Shown: positions 47,653-59,724 of the stretch, in pieces
Position numbering within the stretch: position 1 is the stretch's first letter
Layout of the letters: each line of letters opens with the position of its first letter
NCBI GenBank assembly: GCA_002269645.1
Contig: NIVC01000508.1
Span: forward strand, 124,001-188,000
Direction: 5' to 3'
DNA: 64,000 nucleotides
DNA from: Macrostomum lignano
Taxonomy: Eukaryota
Position numbers and translations under genes: made by a program
Notes under the pieces: model-generated
Database searches by the model: none
What the model saw: the letters and a program-made list of their open reading frames with translations, nothing else
What the model was told of the DNA's origin: nothing

Positions 47653-50600
47653 ATGGCTGAAAAAGAAAGCCTAATCCCTCAATCCCATGCATCCCAGACA
47701 CATCAGCATGAAGCTACCGGTAAGTTTTTGTTGTAGCTAAATGCAATGCGTTTTGAAACTCAAGACTCAAAATCAGTCTCAATACCAGGGTCAGGATTAT
47801 GTACTGGTGTATGCTAGAATGAAGACTGCTTTGTTAATTAGCTTATGTATGCCAATGTATGCCAATAGACTAAAAATGTTTTCAACTATGGCAGTGCTTA
47901 TCCCCACGGTACCGTAGGAATAATTTCTGTCTTATCCCAACGGTACCGTGCGAATAATTTTCTGCTTATCCGCACGGCACACTGAGGAGATAGCTGCCCT
48001 ATCTTCTACATATGCCGTGCGAATAATTTTCTGCTTATCCGCACGGCACACTGACGAGATAGCTGCCCTATACGTCCTCTGTTTTATTCCCTCTGCTTTA
48101 CTAGCTGCCCTATCTGCTACATATATATGCTGTGCTGTGCGTGAATAGTTTATAGCTTATTGAAAGGGAATTTGAACTGAGGATACTAAGAAGCTGTTGA
48201 TCTTGATGTAAAAACTCGAATAAGTTCTAGACTAGTATATGCATATGTAAATGCGTGTTATTCTGCTTTACTGATACCCTTCTCTATACTTATTCAATAA
48301 TAATTCAACAAAGTTGTTATACTGCACTCAAATCGTATGTACTAAACTTCCCACACGGCATATATAGAAGATAGGGCAGCTATCTCGTCAGTGTGCCGTG
48401 CGGATAAGCAGAAAATTATTCGCACGGTACCGTTGGAATAAGACAGAAATTATTCCTACGGTACCGTGGGGATAAGCACTGCCTTCAACTATATATGCTA
48501 AAGTTATATGTTTTTTCATTCTTGAATTCATTATTCATCCTGAGTAACAAACTTAAAAATTATAGACTTTTGCAATGTGTACTGAGAAAAGACAATTATA
48601 AAAAAGAACTTTAAATATTTTTTGCTAAAATTAAGGAAAAATAAGTTTTTTATGGTTCAAAGTTTAACCTTATCTTTTATTATCCCTTATTCCATGTTGA
48701 TAGTATTTCATATAGCCTATTTATATAGTCACTTTATTTGATCCTAACATATATGCAAGTATGCCATAGATATAAGCAAAAAATTTCTATTATGTCATAT
48801 CTGCTGAGATATATGCTGATGTATGCTAAAAAAGGCATGTACCCTTGTTGTATGCTGGGAAGTCTCAGTATACATGTCATCTTCCAAACTATGGCATATT
48901 ATACTTTGTCCCCTACTTAGCTACTTAGTCCCACTTGCCCCTGCCTTGCTTTGATTTGCCTGACCTGCCTTGTCTTGCTTTTCTTTACTTCAGGCTAAAT
49001 TTGCCCTAGCTTGAATTTTCAGTAGAAAAACAATCTTTTTGACTTGATTATAAAAGCAACAAGACATTTTGGAAAAAGTCATTTTAGTGACAATTTTAGG
49101 TCATTCTAACAAATCTTTAGATATAAATATAACAACATAAACAATATAGCTTAATTGCCTTGAAATAACTTTCTATGATGAATAGAAAACAATATGCTTA
49201 AAACCATCTGATCTAAATTGATCTATTTCACTTGCTAATATCAATTTACAAGGCAATTTTTAGCAAGAAGTTTGTTTTTTTGCAAATGAATAACTTTGCA
49301 CTGAATAAACAGACTTTTAAATAGGAAAAGAGAGGGAAAAAGCTTTGTCAAAAAAGGATCTTCAAAAATATTTAATCCTATTGATTTTCATTGGAATTTC
49401 AATTTATGTCATCTTTTCAGAAAAACTATGATACTTATGTTACAAAAATAGGTTATAATGCTAGAAAATGAATATTTGCAAGAGAACTGTGGGCATCCTG
49501 GTGCAGTGCTTTTGGAAATGCCACAACAACCAGTCAGATAGATTTATTTAGGTGGGCATTTTTGCAACTTACCTTGGCTGGACCCCTCACCAGCTTGCCG
49601 GATAGCAATTCTGCCTATTACACTGATTCTTGAGCATGTACACATGCTCACACATACATGCGCAACAACCCTGACTTGCACTGGCCTCGCAACTTTCCTT
49701 TTGACTAAACCAAAAATAAAAAAACCTAGGCAAAAATTAACACAATTCTAGGTAAACGGCATGAGTATCTATGACTGTATTATTAAGGCTGAATGCTTCG
49801 TCATCTAATTAGTACTACGTGCATGTTTTTTGGGCGATCATTTTTGTAACTTACCAGATTTCAAACGCATTTATCACTGAGCTGCTCTGCTTTATTTTAC
49901 TCAACCCTATCCTCGCAGAAACGGCCGTGTCAGTGACTGTGACGCCAACATCTCCAGGTTTCACCACAATCAACTGTCAGATATGCAGCTCAGTGATCAG
50001 CCTAGAAGGCAAATACAATCAGCACGTTGTCAAATGCCAGCAGTGCGGCGAGGCTACACCGATTAAATCAGCCCCGCCAGGCAAGAAGTACGTGCGCTGC
50101 GCCTGCAATTGCCTGTTGATATGCAAAGCTACTGGTAGGCGGATTGCCTGTCCAAGAGAGAACTGCAAGCGTATCATCACCCTGACTGGCGGTGGCGGCA
50201 CTGGCGGGGGCAGCCATGCCGACTATGGCACCAATTCGCAGGTTCGTTCAGATAATACAGTACTGAGCCTAGTAAAATGTTTTCTCTTCTGTTTTCTATC
50301 TACTTCTAATCCTAAGAACTCAGTTGTATTGCTGGGAATCGCCATCTATCCTTTAGGATTCGCCTTCTATCCCTTAGGAATCACCATCTATTCTTTGGGA
50401 ATCGCCATCTATCCCTTAGGAATCGCCATCTATCCCTTAGGAATCGCCATCTATCCCTTAGGAATCGCCATCTATCCCTTAGGAATCGCCATCTATCCCT
50501 TAGGAATCGCCATCTATCCCTTAGGAATCGCCATCTATCCCTTAGGAATCGCCATCTATCCCTTAGGAATCGCCATCTATCCCTTAGGAATCGCCATCTA

Positions 50601-53600
50601 TCCCTTAGGAATCGCCATCTATCCCTTAGGAATCGCCATCTATCCCTTAGGAATCGCCATCTATCCCTTAGGAATCGCCATCTATCCCTTAGGAATCGCC
50701 ATCTATCCCTTAGGAATCGCCATCTATCCCTTAGAAATCGCCATCTATCCCTTAGGAATCGCCATCTATCCCTTAGGAATCGCCATCTATCCCTTAGGAA
50801 TCGCCATCTATCCCTTAGGAATCGCCATCTATCCCTTAGGAATCGCCATCTATCCCTTAGGAATCGCCATCTATCCTTTAGAAATCGCCATCTATCCCTT
50901 ATGAATCGCCATCTATCCCTTATGAATCGCCATCTATCCCTTAGGAATCGCCATCTATCCCTTAGGAATCGCCATCTATCCCTTAGGAATCGCCATCTAT
51001 CCCTTAGGAATCGCCATCTATCCCTTAGGAATCGCCATCTATCCCTTAGGAATCGCCATCTATCCCTTAGGAATCGCCATCTATCCCTTAGGAATCGCCA
51101 TCTATCCCTTAGGAATCGCCATCTATCCCTTAGGAATCGCCATCTATCCCTTAGGAATCGCCATCTATCCCTTAGGAATCGCCATCTATCCCTTAGAAAT
51201 CGCCATCTATCCCTTAGGAATCGCCATCTATCCCTTAGGAATCGCCATCTATCCCTTAGGAATCGCCATCTATCCCTTAGGAATCGCCATCTATCCCTTA
51301 GGAATCGCCATCTATCCCTTAGGAATCGCCATCTATCCTTTAGAAATCGCCATCTATCCCTTATGAATCGCCATCTATCCCTTAGGAATCGCCATCTATC
51401 CCTTAGGAATCGCCATCTATCCCTTAGGAATCGCCATCTATCCCTTAGGAATCGCCATCTATCCCTTAGGAATCGCCATCTATCCCTTAGAAATCGCCAT
51501 CTATCCCTTAGGAATCGCCATCTATCCCTTAGGAATCGCCATCTATCCCTTAGGAATCGCCATCTATCCCTTAGGAATCGCCATCTATCCCTTATGAATC
51601 GCCATCTATCCCTTATGAATCGCCATCTATCCCTTAGGAATCGCCATCTATCCCTTAGGAATCGCCATCTATCCCTTAGGAATCGCCATCTATCCCTTAG
51701 GAATCGCCATCTATCCCTTAGGAATCGCCATCTATCCCTTAGGAATCGCCATCTATCCTTTAGAAATCGCCATCTATCCCTTATGAATCGCCATCTATCC
51801 CTTAGGAATCGCCATCTATCCCTTAGGAATGGCCATCTATCCCTTATGAATCGCCATCTATCCCTTAGGAATCGCCATCTATCCCTTAGGAATCGCCATC
51901 TATCCTTTAGAAATCGCCATCTATCCTTTAGAAATCGCCATCTATCCCTTATGAATCGCCATCTATCCCTTAGGAATCGCCAGCTATCCTTTAGAAATCG
52001 CCATCTATCCCTTGGTAAATGTCTATCATTATAGAAGCTATGTTTACAATGCCAAAATAATCAATACAGTAAACTTTATAAAATTCAGCATGCTATTAGT
52101 AGGAATCAAGTACAAGAAGCACTTCTTAAGTTGATGCCTCTGTCTACATATGGCTCTTTACTATGGTAGCCCCTGTAGCATTCTATAATAGCTTGTAATA
52201 AGTCTTAAGCCGGCTTTTTCCTATGACCATTTTTGCCATCTGTGCCACACCCAGTGCCTTCCTGTCTGCCTGCTTTTTAAAGGATTTATTTTAAGAACGG
52301 CTTTGTATTATTGCATTATTGTCCTTTTATCTTTCTTCTATTATATCATATTAGTGACTGACTTAAGCATGCAATCGCCCCTCAGCAATACCAGAAATCG
52401 CCCCTCAGCAATACCAGAAATCGCCCCTCAGCAATATCAGCAATCGCCCCTCAGCAATATCAGCAATCGCCCCTCAGCAATACCAGAAATCGCCCCTCAG
52501 CAATATCAGCAATCGCCCCTCAGCAATACCAGAAATCGCCCCTCAGCAATATCAGCAATCGCCCCTCAGCAATATCAGCAATCAATCGCCTCTCAGCAAT
52601 ATCAGCAATCGCCCCTCAGCAATATCAGCAATCAATCGCCCCTCAGCAATATCAGCAATCGCCCCTCAGCAATATCAGCAATCGCCCCTCAGCAATATCA
52701 GCAATCGCCCCTCAGCAATACCAGAAATCGCCCCTCAGAAATATCAGCAATCGCCCCTCAGCAATACCAGAAATCGCCCCTCAGCAATATCAGCAATCGC
52801 CCCTCAGCAATATCAGCAATCGCCCCTCAGCAATATCAGCAATCAATCGCCCCTCAGCAATATCAGCAATCGCCCCTCAGCAATATCAGCAATCGCCCCT
52901 GACCCTATACCTGAGAATGCAAATGAATGCCCCCTGACCCACCGCTCCTCAGCCGCAGCAGCAGCGAGGCGCAGACGTGGCCTTCTCCCCCGGGCCAGGC
53001 CAGGTGCAGTGCCTGTGCGGCCATTGCGGCGCAGCATTTACGGTGCCAGAGCCGGCTAGCAGTCCGCTAGCCCGATGCCCGCAGTGCCGCAAGGTGAGCT
53101 CAGTTGGGCCGCACTACGTGCGCACCCGATCCATCGCTTGTATCAGCACCGGCCTGGCTTTGCTCACCGCCGCCGTACTGGTGATGGCCTTCACCTGGAA
53201 TTCCGCTGTGACATCTAGCCGCGGCCTGTTTGCACTCTATGTTGGTAAGCTGCCATTCTATCTGTTGCTTTTCAGCCTTGGGAATGGGGATTCTACGGCT
53301 GGGTGTTGTCTGATGGGTGAGATTTAAGGTTTAAGATGGGTGAGATGCTAGTTTGTGAGATTGAGAGGCTGAGATTCTGGTGAGGTAGGGGTGAGATTCT
53401 GGGGAGGTAGGGATGAGATTCTGGTGTGGTGTGGTAGGGGTGAGATTCTTGTGAGGTAGGGGTGAGATTCTGGTGAGGTAGGGGTGAGATTCTGGGGAGG
53501 TAGGGGTGAGATTCTGGGGAGGTAGGGGGTGAGATTCTGGTGTGGTGTGGTAGGGGTGAGATTCTTGGGAGGTAGGGGTGAGATTCTGGTGAGGTAGGGG

Positions 53601-54701
53601 GGATTCTGGTGATGTAGAGGTGAGATTCTGGTGATGTAGGGGTGAGATTCTGGTGGGGTAGGGGGAGATTCTGGTGAGGTAGAGGTGAGATTCTGATGGG
53701 GTAAGGGTGATATTCTAGTATGGTAAGAATAATAATCTAGTATGGTAAGGGTGAGATTTTACTATGGTAAAGGTGAGATTTTAATATGGTAAGGGTGAGA
53801 TTCTAATATGGTAAGGGTGAGATTCTAGTGTGGTAAGGGTGAGATTCTAGTATGGTAATGGTGAGATTCTAGTATGGTAAGGGTGAGATTCTAGTGTGGT
53901 AAGGGTGAGATTCTAGTGTGGTAAGGGTGAGATTCTAGTGTGGTAAGGGTGAGATTCTAGTGTGGTAAGGGTGAGATTCTAGTGTGGTAAGGGTGAGATT
54001 TTAGTATGGTAATGGTGAAATTTTGATGGTGTAAGGGTGAGATTCTAGTGTGGTAAGGGTGAGATTCTAGTGTGGTAAGGGTGAGATTCTAGTGTGGTAA
54101 GGGTGAGATTCTAGTGTGGTAAGGGTGAGATTTTGATGGTGTAAGGGTGAGATTCTAGTGTGGTAAGGGTGAGATTCTAGTGTGGTAAGGGTGAGATTTT
54201 AGTATGGTAATGGTGAAATTTTGATGGTGTAAGGGTGAGATTCTAGTGTGGTAAGGGTGAGATTCTAGTGTGGTAAGGGTGAGATTCTAGTGTGGTAAGG
54301 GTGAGATTCTAGTGTGGTAAGGGTGAGATTTTAGTATGGTAATGGTGAAATTTTGATGGTGTAAGGGTGAGATTCTAGTGTGGTAAGGGTGAGATTCTAG
54401 TGTGGTAAGGGTGAGATTCTAGTGTGGTAAGGGTGAGATTCTAGTATGCTAAGGGTGAGATTCTAGTGTGGTAAGGGTGAGATTCTAGTGTGGTAAGGGT
54501 GAGATTCTAGTATGGTAATAGTGAAATTTTGATGGTGTAAGGGTGAGATTTTGAATATTACAAAGAATAGAAATATCAATGCCCCCCCCCCACCTACGCA
54601 TCTCAGGCCTCATGTCGCTCTCCTTTGGTTTCCTAATCCGGGGCGCGTTCTACTGCCGCACCAAGGTGAGCATTGTTGAGTCCCGTGGTATCGCCACCTG
54701 A
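47653..54701 (+). CDS. PIP4P1: Phosphatidylinositol-4,5-bisphosphate 4-phosphatase PIP4P1/2 (TMEM55) homolog; exons 47653-47719, 49919-50241, 52953-53244, 54607-54701 (258 aa)
   Basis: [58 protein letters not shown], with a CX5R motif CKATGRR. Also [18 protein letters not shown], two C-terminal TM segments and an N-terminal ExxxLI motif. Splice phases 1/0/1 are consistent. The paralog assignment (1 vs 2) is not resolved. Confidence 0.9.
47890..48483. mobile_element. Mutator (MULE)-type MITE, 594 bp, in PIP4P intron 1
   Basis: Near-perfect TIRs of about 130 bp starting GGCAGTGCTTATCCCCACGGTACCG, and a perfect 9-bp TSD ttcaactat at 47881-47889 and 48484-48492. Confidence 0.93.
50335..52015. 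repeat. 21-bp minisatellite (ggaatcgccatctatccctta)n in PIP4P intron 2
   Basis: About 80 copies. Confidence 0.97.
52365..52900. repeat. 23-bp minisatellite (aatcgcccctcagcaatatcagc)n in PIP4P intron 2
   Basis: About 23 copies. Confidence 0.95.
53335..54550. repeat. About 22-bp G-rich minisatellite (gtgagattctagtgtggtaagg)n in PIP4P intron 3
   Basis: The unit changes gradually from 5' (gtaggggtgagattctgg) to 3'. Confidence 0.93.
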
Positions 54702-55101
54702 GGATGAAAGTTAGTCAAAACCAATTCATCGATCGCTGTTTGGCTTGGTTTTGAAATCAGTAAATATACAAATAAATTTATATTTTCTGTGTTGGACTTT
54801 TATAACAGAAATCAACTGATTAATTAATCAATTTGGTCAAGCCAATACGGTTTGTTATTCTTGTCTGTCAAAAATTATATTTGTTATAAGTTAATATTAT
54901 TTTTCTGTTTTTATACGTGAAGCAAGGATGCATGAAATTTTTTGTGGTCGGCAGTTGTTTTTTATTTTTTATTTTTTATGTCATAACCAAATAAATAAAA
55001 CTCACTACTGTCCTATACCTCCTGTGTATCATCAGCTTGCTTACTACTTGATTAATTCAGTAGTATAAATTGTATATCCGCTTACTTTTTTATGAATAGT
55101 T

Positions 55102-56232
55102 CAGACCATAGATTCTAGAATAACTAGATGGGCCACTCAGCACATTTGCGTGCAAGCTACTTTCAGTTCAGTAGTAAGTTAAGCGGAAGCATTTTAATGT
55201 ATTTTAAAGCCAAGGTTCATTTATTGCTCTTACCCCCCACTTAAACCTCCAACCGCGCCTTTCTTTCCACTCTACCCCCACCCCGCCCGCCCCAATTTTT
55301 ATTGCCTTTCTCGGAAATTCCAGCCCAAAGCGGCCATGTACATTTCAGTGGACTGGCTAATGTACATCGTTGCTGAACCAATTAGCAAGTTGTTTACGCC
55401 TGCAAGCTTGGGCTTCTAAACTTATCGGTCATTTCAGCGGGACGCTTTCATAAGACCTAAATTTCACAACGCCTAAAACCACCACACTTCACAACGCCTA
55501 AATTTCATATCGCCTGAATTTCACAACGCCTAAAATCAAAAGTGCAGCCTCCTTCACATCGCCTAAATTTCATATCGCCTAAATTTCACAACGCCTAAAA
55601 TATATGCAGCCTCCTTCACAACGCCTAAACTTCATATCGCCTAAATTTCACAACGCCTAAAACCGAAAATGCATCCTACTTCATATCGCCTAAATTTCAT
55701 ATCGCCTAAATTTCACAACGCCTAAAATCTTTGCTTCTCTCCTTCACATTCAGTTTTAGGTGTTGTGAAATTTAGGCGATATGAAGTTTAGGCGATATGA
55801 AAGAGCATGCAGATTTTTAGGCATTGTGAAATTTAGGCGATATGAAATTTAGGCGATATGAAGTAGGATACATTTTCGGTTTTAGGCGTTATGAAATTTA
55901 GGCGATATGAAATTTAGGCGATATGAAATTTAGGCGATGTGAAGGAGCGTGCAGAAATTTTAGGCGTTGTGAAATTTAGGCAATATGAATTTTAGGCGTT
56001 GTGAAGGAGGCTGCATTTTCAATTTTAGGCGTTATGAAATTTAGGTGATGTGAAGTCATGTGCTTTAGGCGTTGTGAAATTTGGGTCTTATGAAGCGCCC
56101 CTATTTCAGCTGCCTTGTTTTTATAAAATAGCTTATGCATTCTTCTTTGCTACTGAACTGAAAGTAGAAAGCTGTTTACTAAGTATATATGCCTGAGTGG
56201 CCCATCTCGTTATTTTAGTATCTGTGGTTCTG
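55102..56232. mobile_element. Old outer MITE-like element with imperfect TIRs of about 115 bp
   Basis: 55102-55215 (cagaccatagat..agatgggccactcag..tactttcagttcagtag..caagg) is an imperfect reverse complement of 56113-56232. Confidence 0.65.
55439..56101. mobile_element. Foldback/MULE-like MITE of 663 bp nested in the outer element
   Basis: Ends read GGGACGCTTTCATAAGACCTAAATTTCACAACGCC and its imperfect reverse complement. The arms are built from cgcctaaatttca[c/t]a subrepeats in inverted orientation. TSD is catttcagc/tatttcagc (9 bp, 1 mismatch). Confidence 0.85.
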
Positions 56233-57726
56233 TCTGAAAAAATGAAAATCTATTCATTTCCCGGCGTTGTAAATTCTGAATATCATTCTTGCTTGACTTT
56301 GCTTAGTTTCTGTGTCTGTCTGTCTGTCTGCCTCTCTGCCTGTCTGTCTGTCAGACGTCATGGTTCGTGTTAATAATATGTAAAATGCACTTCCTTTGTT
56401 TTTAAAATTCATTTTGATGAAGTTTTCGTAATTTCCCGCTTTTGCTACTGAGTATTATTATTATTATTAATATATCATCGCTAGTACTGCCGACTGTCTG
56501 TGGATTAGCTTTTTCATTTAAAAAAATATATTACTGAGTAGTTGGTCAACTATTAATCCATTTGCATCGATTGAATGAATCTCTTACCTGCAATGGCTGC
56601 ATCGTCAGTAGTATATAGTGCCGATGTGCATCCAGTTTTTTTCTCTATAAAAATCTATTCAGTAAAAATCTTAACATGTTGGTTTCTTCTTCGCATTACT
56701 CAATAATTTAACTAATGCTAATTCGTAATTAATGATAATTCTGTTATTTATAAATTATCGATTTGTAGAACTGTAGAGAATCGAATGTATGCAAATACTA
56801 TATTTTGATATAATAAATGCTTTAATCCCGGCGCTAATCTAGTATAAAAAGTTCTACTGGAAGCAGAGAGCAGCTTCTTGTCCGCACTTTGCACCATTTT
56901 TCTCTGCTTTACTCTGCCACTATTCTCAACGCTTTATTGTCCAATTTGCCGGCTTTTTTAATTTTCGTACTAAAAATCAATAAAAACTACTGCACTACTT
57001 ACTGCAAGTAGCTGAAAAAGTTGGTAATAGCAAGAGTTATTTTTATCGGAATGTTCGTTTGAATTTTTTGCTTAAAAAATCTAATAAATTCAATACAGTG
57101 TCGCACAGTGGCCATAGGATAAGCAGGGATTTCTACAGGTATATTGCTATATGCTTTCTTGATTAAAATTGAAGTTATACAAATACATATTGTCAATAAT
57201 ATTTTAGTTTTTTTACTTAAAATAAAATTTTGACATTTGCAACAGTCCAAATCTGGAATTGTCAATTTAAAAAATAATTGTTGAAACTACTGGAGTATTG
57301 ATTTTTCGTGCTTTGTGGAACAGGGCATGCAAAACGCAACGGTTTGTACAATTCTTCAGATCTTAGAGATCTTAAGAGGTTCTCAAGCTTCATTCTTCAG
57401 TGAATTTCGGCCATATGAGCGGCTGTTCCACTGGTAAAGAAAGAGCCTAACAGAAGTAGGCATGAACAGTCATATCTGTAGGTTAATTTTCGTCAATGAT
57501 GTAACCGCCCTTGATGACCGTCCGCTCCGCGGTGAGGAGAGCGTATGACCAAAGGGGGCAATGACCGTAGGCTGCCTATGACCTGACGGACCTCCAGCAC
57601 CAGACTGTCCCGCCAACATGACTTTTTTTTGTCAGTGTTTTTCCAAATGCTCGTAGCAGTATTATTTATGAGTATCAAATATAAAGCACACCTTGTTGAA
57701 CAAGGGAAAGTTTTATTTTCACTATC

Positions 57727-58880
57727 CAGCACCTGTCTCACTCTAATCAGTACCTGTCTCACTCTAATCAGCACCTGTCTCACTCTAATCAGCAGCTGTC
57801 TCACTCTAATCAGCACCTGTCTCACTCTAATCAGCACCTGTCTCACTCTAATCAGCACCTGTCTCACTCTAATCAGCACCTGTCTCACTCTAATCAACAC
57901 CTGTCTCACTCTAATCAGCAGATTTCTCACTCTAATCAACACCTTTCTCACTCTAATCAGCACCTGTCTCACTCTAATCAGCACCTGTCTCACTCTAATC
58001 AGTACCTGTCTCACTCTAATCAGCACCTGTCTCACTCTAATCAGCACCTGTCTCACTCTAATCAGCACCTGTCTCACTCTAATCAACACCTGTCTCACTC
58101 TAATCAGCACCTGTCTCACTCTAATCAGCACCTGTCTCACTCTAATCAGCACCTGTCTCACTCTAATCAGCACCTGTCTCACTCTAATCAGTACCTGTCT
58201 CACTCTAATCAGCACCTGTCTCACTCTAATCAGCAGCTGTCTCACTCTAATCAGCACCTGTCTCACTCTAATCAGCACCTGTCTCACTCTAATCAGCAGA
58301 TTTCTCACTCTAATCAACACCTTTCTCACTCTAATCAGCACCTGTCTCACTCTAATCAGCACCTGTCTCACTCTAATCAGCACCTGTCTCACTCTAATCA
58401 GCACCTGTCTCACTCTAATCAGCACCTGTCTCACTCTAATCAGCAGATTTCTCACTCTAATCAACACCTTTCTCACTCTAATCAGCACCTGTCTCACTCT
58501 AATCAGCAGCTGTCTCACTCTAATCAGTACCTGTCTCACTCTAATCAGCACCTGTCTCACTCTAATCAGCACCTGTCTCACTCTAATCAGCACCTGTCTC
58601 ACTCTAATCAGCACCTGTCTCACTCTAATCAGCACCTGTCTCACTCTAATCAGCACCTGTCTCACTCTAATCAGCACCTGTCTCACTCTAATCAGCAGCT
58701 GTCTCACTCTAATCAGCAGCTGTCTCACTCTAATCAGCAGCTGTCTCACTCTAATCAACACCTGTCTCACTCTAATCAGCACCTGTCTCACTCTAATCAG
58801 CACCTGTCTCACTCTAATCAGCACCTGTCTCACTCTAATCAGCACCTGTCTCACTCTAATCAGCACCTGTCTGACTCTAA
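57727..58880. repeat. 21-bp minisatellite (cagcacctgtctcactctaat)n
   Basis: About 55 copies. Confidence 0.97.
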
Positions 58881-59724
58881 CCAATTATGTTTCGATCAAG
58901 GGTCCTCTCGGTAGTCATAAAAAGACCCGACTACCGCCGCAGCACAGGAGTCACCTGATGTTCGCCTAGCAACCACTTTCCTTCTCTGCGAATCCCATGC
59001 TGATGAGAAACTCACAAATGAAAACATTTTCTTTTCAAGAAATCACTAAGGCGGAAACGAATATGTCAAAATTAAGATTTTGAATAAATAAATGGATTAA
59101 CGATATAGTTATTAATATATTAATCACGGCATGTTTGTTCTCAAAGTTTATTATTAGAATAGGACAGTTCATATTTAGCAAAATAATTACCCATAAAGAA
59201 TTTATGTCAAGAAGTTCTGAGTACAGCATAACAAGTAGCTTACATGTGGGTCTTAATTGCTTTGGAAAGATATGCAAAGGTGCAGACTACTTATAGTAAT
59301 GTTTTTTGAGGAATTGGAGCTTAAAATCAATATTGAAACATCACAATAAAATGGATTGGACCTTGTGGTAAAAGAGCTGGCTGGAATGGAGTTAACGGAA
59401 ATCAAGAAGCCAGTCTACTAAAGCAATTTCTAAGAAAATTCAAGTCACTCTTCAGCGGCTGACCCGGGAAAAAAACCCACCGGGAAAAATTCCCCGGTGT
59501 GGTAAAAAAACCGAGCAACCGCGGGGCAGGGGGGATCGGAGCTCAGTAAGGTCAAAGCTGCAGCATCTCCCATGTTTAACACCTGATTCTTCATCAGCAT
59601 GAGGCTACCTGGGTGCTATTCATCATTCGGTGACAGCCATCTGATTGTAAAATAAAATCGAGTACATTTCCCCTTGCTGACGACTCAATGCGTCAAGCAG
59701 ACATTTGCTTAAACAGGCCGCCCT

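Noticed and set aside
50242-52902. (LGIAIYP)n, (RNRHLSL)n and Q/S/P-rich ORFs as coding sequence
   Set aside because: They lie inside PIP4P intron 2, which has good GT-AG sites, and the spliced protein is complete and of normal length without them.
57493-58969. 446-aa and 463-aa ORFs on opposite strands
   Set aside because: They are translations of a 21-bp repeat.
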